DNA of 64,000 nt from the human T2T-CHM13v2.0 reference genome, Homo sapiens: NCBI RefSeq assembly GCF_009914755.1, contig NC_060926.1. One strand, 5' to 3'. Numbering within the stretch: position 1 is the stretch's first letter; the number at the start of each line of letters is the position of its first letter. Shown piece by piece: positions 57,637 through 64,000 of the stretch. Under the pieces are notes generated by a model that was not told the DNA's origin, ran no database searches, and saw only the letters and a list, made by a program, of their open reading frames with translations. Both the position numbers and the translations under genes were made by a program.

Positions 57637-58789
57637 TTCTAGAACTCAAAAATTACTTCTTGTTGGTTTTCCAAACAAAACAAAAAAGTCAAAAAAGATG
57701 CCCAGTGACATCCCAATACCTTTGGAGATCATGACTCATTTAGTTGAAAATGAACATCGAAGTCAGTAAGCTTAGCAGTATTTATAACTTATCCACGCGT
57801 TACTTTTTTAACAGAAACAACTGAAATGCAAAGGTATTAAGAGTGTATTTTGACAGATCTATAGTTGATAATCTCACATACATGAAACTCGTTAAAAATT
57901 TAAGGCCATGGAGTCTACAGAGCAGAAAGAATAAAGAGTAACTCGGTTAAAACTAAAGTTAGGGACTCTAATTCCAGCTTCATCCAGAGGACTTTCTTTC
58001 AGTGTTCATCTAGACAAGACTTACATTTCCTATCCCCTTGTGGTGTAGCTAGGCCTGTTAACCAGCATCAGATCCAAACAGGAAGGGCAAATGGACTTGT
58101 CCCACACTGGATCTCTGCCTGTAAAGTACCTCTCTTGAGAGTCCCGCAGGATGTGGCTAACGACAATGAGCTCACAGAGGTGAATCAGTAGGTCTCCCTC
58201 CATCATCCTAAGGAGGAACAACCCTGTTCAACAAGCTGCACCAAGTTAAATTCAAAAGTGATTTGTTTTCTCAAATTTTTCAATGAAAAGAAAACAGATA
58301 AACACTTTTCCGTTTTAAGCTTTCCATTTACCATTATTTAAAAGCTCTCAGTGTCTTCTTTCTCTCTGAATCTGCCTTCCAGCAGTAATTATGAAATAAA
58401 TTGACAGACAATCCTTTTTTCCTTTAAATGTGATTTCTTAAAAATGTGTACTAAAAATGTTAAGATGAAGAGATACATATTACATGGAGCTACATTTTTT
58501 TTTTGCAAGAAAACTGTCTTCTTAGAACATAAAAAGGAATAAGTTGCTTTATGCTAATGATCAACATGGCATCAAGGTATTATGCACCTGAATACATTTT
58601 GAGGCTGATTGGCTGAGATCAATGCATGACAAATTCTTTCTATTCTGGGCAGATGGTCCATCTTATAAATGCAATCTACAGCTATTCACTTCAGCGCCTG
58701 GGGTTGTAAGGGAATTTTATTACCTCCTAGAATAATGTTCTTATGCAGAGCTACCTCTTCATAGCTAGGTAATTAATTGGATTTGTCCA

Positions 58790-59010
58790 TTCATCCATCA
58801 TTACATATTTATATCATCTATGTGCCAGGTGGCCAGTGGTCACTAGGCTAATTAAATCTAGTGTGGTTAATAAAAAACCAAGATCCCAGATCTCATGTAG
58901 GTAACAGTTTAATGGGAGAGGCAGACAATGAATAAAAAGATAAATACTTAATTATAAATTGTGCAAAGTGTTAAGCAGGAAACATGAGTAGGATGCAGTG
59001 ATAGAAAAGT
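58790..59010 (-). mobile_element. L2 3' fragment
   Basis: 'cattcatccatcattacatatttat..tatgtgccagg..gatcccagatctcatg..aatgggagaggcagacaat'. Confidence 0.7.
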
Positions 59011-59176
59011 CATGAGGCGCTCTCTGTCTTCATCTGTCCCTAAGTCCTGGCCTAGAGATGGTGTCCGTTTATCTCTTTTCAGTTCATGGCTCAATAGTTC
59101 TATGAAAACCTCTTCACAATCGATCCTCATGACTCTATGGGACACTTATTTTAAAAAATCTCATTTGTAGACCTCA

Positions 59177-59685
<509 letters not shown>

Positions 59686-60340
59686 CTACAACTTGCCAAA
59701 AATGAAAGTAAAAGCTGTTTCTCCACCTTTCAAACACATTCTCCAAAGTTTCCAACTTTTCTTCACATCACCTCCTTCCTCCTGGCCTTTGGATAGGAGT
59801 CTCGAATTCCTCCCTTTAATTTTTCAAATTCAATCCATTGTGCATTTCTGTACAGTGTTTCTCTGACACACCCCTTTCTTTCCACTCTTGCTGCTCCCAC
59901 CTTAGGCCTAAGTATGGCATCTCGTTTGGACGTGCACAGCCTGCAAACCGATTATTCCCGAATTCATTTCTGAGAAAACACTTTCTAAAGGGCCTTCACA
60001 TGTTTTCCATTGTAAAGTTTCATTTTTTCCCCCATGTTGTTTTTCACCCTGGTGCCTCTCCCTCCATTGATTATAATTTCTTGATTTCCTGAAGCAGTTT
60101 TGATAACAACCATTCTTTTACTTCATCTTCCTAGAATTAGACAAATGTCTTAATTCCTGTGTTAAAAATTCGAACTGCATTAATAAATGGCTCTTCACAG
60201 CAAAAATAGAAAAGAAAACAAATAAAACAAGTCAACAAATCTCACCTACCTCTTCCATTGTTATCTGTTGAAATCCTACTCATTTTTCATGGTCCAGCTC
60301 AGATGCAATTTTCTCCATGAGGACTTCCAAGGTCAAACCT

Positions 60341-60392
60341 GTAAAAAACAACAACAACCGTAAAAAACAACAACAACCACAAAAAACAAACC
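60341..60392. repeat. 19-bp tandem repeat GTAAAAAACAACAACAACC, 2 exact copies plus a partial third
   Basis: Identical units at 60341-60359 and 60360-60378. Confidence 0.9.
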
Positions 60393-60744
60393 TCTACTTG
60401 GTGACTCTGCCTCTGAATTTTGAAGGTATGCCGTCTGTATCTTTTAGGAAGTCATTACCAACTACCTCTCATTAGAGATATTTTCATAGGTATCTTCTTA
60501 TCCTCCCTACTTTGCTCAAGCTTCATAGAAGCCTTCATTTTTCGCCCTTTGCCAGGATTTGTCACTGTCTTTTACAAATAAATATTTTTGAAGTAAATAG
60601 ACCACTAGATAAGTCAATAAATGAAAATGTTAATCAGAAACATTATTCTACCAAATCATTTTTTAAACCAAGTCAATCACATATTTCAGCAATATACAAA
60701 ACTCTCATCATAATTACTTCTGGATTTATTATTCATGAAACTCT

Positions 60745-61545
60745 TCGTGTGCTGAGCCAAGCAGTGTTATTAGGCAGTTACTATGTGCCAGAGACTATGA
60801 TATAACTGTGGGATACTATGGTGAGAAACAAAACTGAACAGAATAGTAATTATCCTTGCTTTTAAGAAATGCATAGACCAGTGGGTGAACTAGACATTCG
60901 CCAGATTAACACACAAATGAATGAGTAACCGCAGAGATGTAAACTACTTAGAAGGAGACTCCCTTCTTTTTTGAGAGTCTACTAAATAGGGAGAATTGAT
61001 CCAGGCTGGGGAGTCAGGCAAGGCTTTCCAGAGTGTGTATTGTTTGAGGTGAGGTCAAGATGTGAGAGAGGAGAATTACAGAGGGAACATGTGTACAGTC
61101 CTTGAAGGAAGAGAGAGCATGGAGGTGAATGAAGCTGCAGGAGCGCCAGCATAGCTGGAGGGAATTGCGAGAGGTGCAGGAAAGTTGTGGACAGGGCACT
61201 CTTTGGGATGAGAAGTGATCAAATGTGTGTTTTGTGCAGAACTCTCTGATCATGGTGGTAAAAATAGATTGAAAGGCATAGTAGGTTAGGTAGCTGTAAA
61301 AGGACCAGTTAGGAAAGCAGCCCATGGGTAAGATGTGATGCGGTTTAGACCAAGGTGGTGGTGATGAAGGGAACTGGATAGAGTGGGTGATGTTGAGGTG
61401 ATAACTGTGATGTAAGGTGGTGAGGTTCTGTCCTGAGAGGATGAGGGCCAGGGAGATGTCCAGGAGGCCTTCCAGGTTTCTGGCCAACTCAAATGTTTGG
61501 TGTTTGGAGGTGTTGACATTCACTAAGACAGGAAATTAGATGGCA
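60745..61545 (-). mobile_element. L2 (L2a-like) antisense remnant
   Basis: 'ttactatgtgccagagac', 'ggggagtcaggcaaggctttccag', 'ctctgatcatggtggtaaaaatagattg' and 'ttccaggtttctggcc..gacattcactaagacagg'. Confidence 0.75.
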
Positions 61546-62860
61546 GGCTGAGAGGAGTTAAGTAATATCTCAGGAGTGTCAGACGTAGCGAACATTATTT
61601 AAAATATTGCTTTCTCGTTGCGTTTATTCTATTTGCTTTGTATATTCACTAGGCTCTGGCTGCAGAACTGAAATAGTCAATCTCAGAAAATCTGAAGAGA
61701 AGGAATTAATGTAGTGTCTGTCCCACTGGTAGTTATTATTTCAGTCAGAGCTGAGGCTTATATCTCCTGTGCTTACACACCTTAGGTGTTTTCAAGAGGG
61801 CTCATAACCTTGACCAGGAAGAGGCTGAGAGAGAGCTTCGAAGCTTAATTCTGTAGTTAGAGGGAAAAAATGCTCCTGAACCTCTTCCTTGTTGAAGAGG
61901 CATTTGAGAGCACAGGAAAACTACTCATTGCAATGTAATAATTCTACATGATTTGACTCTGATGCAAGCAGATTTATTCTGAGTCCATTGAAACTTGAAC
62001 TTTAAAAAGTAATGAAAGTAGTCAATGCTGGAAAAGACCAGATGTTTTTAAACCCACATTTTAATAATGCTTTTCTCTCTTTAATGAGATTACAGGAGAA
62101 TTGTATGTGGGTTTTTATAAGTTTCAAAATCTTAAAAAATAAACTATTTTATTTTTGAATTAAAAAAACCTTTTTAAGTTCATAACTTTATGTTCTTGAT
62201 TAAGTTCTGCATAGATTTTTCATTGAAGAGATAAATGTGCTGCCATAGGAAATGTGCAATGGGAGGGGTGATGTCCAATGCTGACGTTTGGCATCTGCTT
62301 TCATGTTAGGGATTACACTGGAACTTGATGGAGATGCCATCACAGCAGCTGTTCATTCACAAGGAATAAGAAATAATGGAACTGCTTATCAGTGAATGCC
62401 TGGGCTTGCAGAACAACTGTTCATTAACTTTGCTGAGCCAATAAGCAATTAGAGGACTGTAATGATACTCAAGCTCCCATGGCTAAAAAATCCCCTGCAT
62501 GCTCTGGGCCGACACAGTCCAACAACTGTTTTATTTTTAGCACAGGAGAGTGCTTTGTTTCAAAGTTGGCATGCCAGATTGCAAGCCTATGTGCAGTGTG
62601 CTGTTTTAGGATGCTCACTTTGGTATTTGTATTGCTGTGGCTGCTGTGTACTAGTATAATATTTAATGACCTTTCATTAGACAAGTTCCCTAAAGGTCTT
62701 TTTTAAACGGAAGGCTCAACTTTCAAAATCTAATCACCATATATAATCAAATATGTGCCCTGAGAATGAAAAACAGGGTAATGTTTACCACCTGCTGTAG
62801 TTCTTCCAGGTGCTGATATTTGCATTTGTCACAAAATATCACCAGCATTTCCTTATCTGC

Positions 62861-63221
62861 TGTCTCCTTCAGCTTAGGTTGCCACAACAATACCACACAT
62901 TGGGTGGCTTAATGACTACAAGATTATTTTCTCACTGTTCTGGAAGCTTGAAGACTGAGCCCAGGGTGCCAGCATGGTTGGGTTCTGGTGAGGGCGCTTT
63001 TTCTGGCTTGCAGACAACCACCTTCTCACTGTGTACTCACATAGTGGAGAGAGAAAGAGAGTGAGCTTTCTGATATCTCCTTTTATAAGGGCACTAATCC
63101 CATCATGAGAGCCCCCTGCTCATGACCTCATCTAAACCTAATTACTTCCCAAAGGCCACATCTGCAAGTACCATCAGGTTGGGAGTTAGTATTTTGCAGG
63201 GACAAAATTCAGTCCATAGCA
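62861..63221 (-). mobile_element. MLT1A0-like MaLR LTR, antisense
   Basis: 'ataccacacattgggtggcttaa..ttctcactgttctggaagc..ggttctggtgaggg..ctcatgacctcatctaaacctaattacttcccaaaggcc..attcagtccatagca'. Confidence 0.92.
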
Positions 63222-64000
63222 CCTGGAGCCTGCTTCCTTCTAAACATCCCACCCTGGGCTAGAGTAGAGAAACTTGAGGAGATCACAAAATGTGCACACA
63301 CACACAAAAAAAAACCCCACAGGATGCCTTTACAGCAGTGGGGCCCATATTTCAGTCTTTCAAGGTCACCTGTTTCAGTTATCTTATATGCTATGTTTTA
63401 TACTTTCATTTTATTGTTCCCTCCTTTACCTAGACATTTTGCTAATAGATATGCTTAATTTTATCATTTGTTACTAGGAAAGCAATTCATTTTTCAATTG
63501 ACTTTTATTTCTATAAGTGCCTCATAAATTACTCTTGTCATTAAGTTTCCAAGTTGTGACTAATGGTATTGACAAGTCACCCCACGTGTGATTAAGTGCA
63601 TGAGCAGAGAATTGCTCCTGGGTTGACGCCTCATGCAATTTGGTAAGTACCAATGTCTGTCCCTGGACATTCACAAAGTTGCACATTGTAAGTGCTGACT
63701 CTTCTGTGAAATACTGCATCTGTTTCTTATTTTGCACAGCACATAGGTTTTCTTGAAGTATCTATTAATGCCCAGTTAAGATGAAAAATCCTGAAATAAA
63801 AATGTTTTATCTTAAAAGCTTTGAAATTCCTTGTACCTACACATTGAATGATTAAAATAGCAAAATTGTGAAAACATATTTATGTGCAAAATTAAGAAAA
63901 CTTCATTCTTGTCTTAAACTGCAGGGATGCTTGTTTTCTACCACAAAGCCTGTGAGCAAAAGTAAAGATTCGGAAAGTTGAATAACACACTGCCATTCAT

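Noticed and set aside
61014-61523. 169-aa ORF on the - strand
   Set aside because: It lies within a degenerate L2 remnant and is not a host gene.

Overview
This is AT-rich, CpG-depleted primate (most likely human) non-coding genomic DNA, either intronic or intergenic. The clade is shown by Alu elements, a FAM monomer, L1PA/L1PB elements, a THE1 LTR and an LTR12C. I find no credible protein-coding gene, structured RNA gene or CRISPR array. The supplied ORFs are short and mostly overlap repeats or low-complexity sequence. The window is a layered record of transposon insertions, many with readable target-site duplications (TSDs). The most notable items are: (1) a CpG-rich, apparently intact LTR12C solo LTR with 7 CCAAT boxes, nested in Tigger3b, which is itself nested in an old L1; (2) a 5'-inverted (twin-primed) L1 with a matching TSD; (3) a degenerate ~24-bp minisatellite built on CACAGTG, the RAG heptamer, with a higher-order repeat; (4) a young 5'-truncated AluY with a pure 38-nt tail; and (5) an unassigned purine-rich ~0.9-kb segment split by an MLT2 LTR. 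I cannot support a claim of a wholly new biological system. Repeat subfamily names are by-eye matches to remembered consensus sequences, and boundaries without TSDs are approximate.
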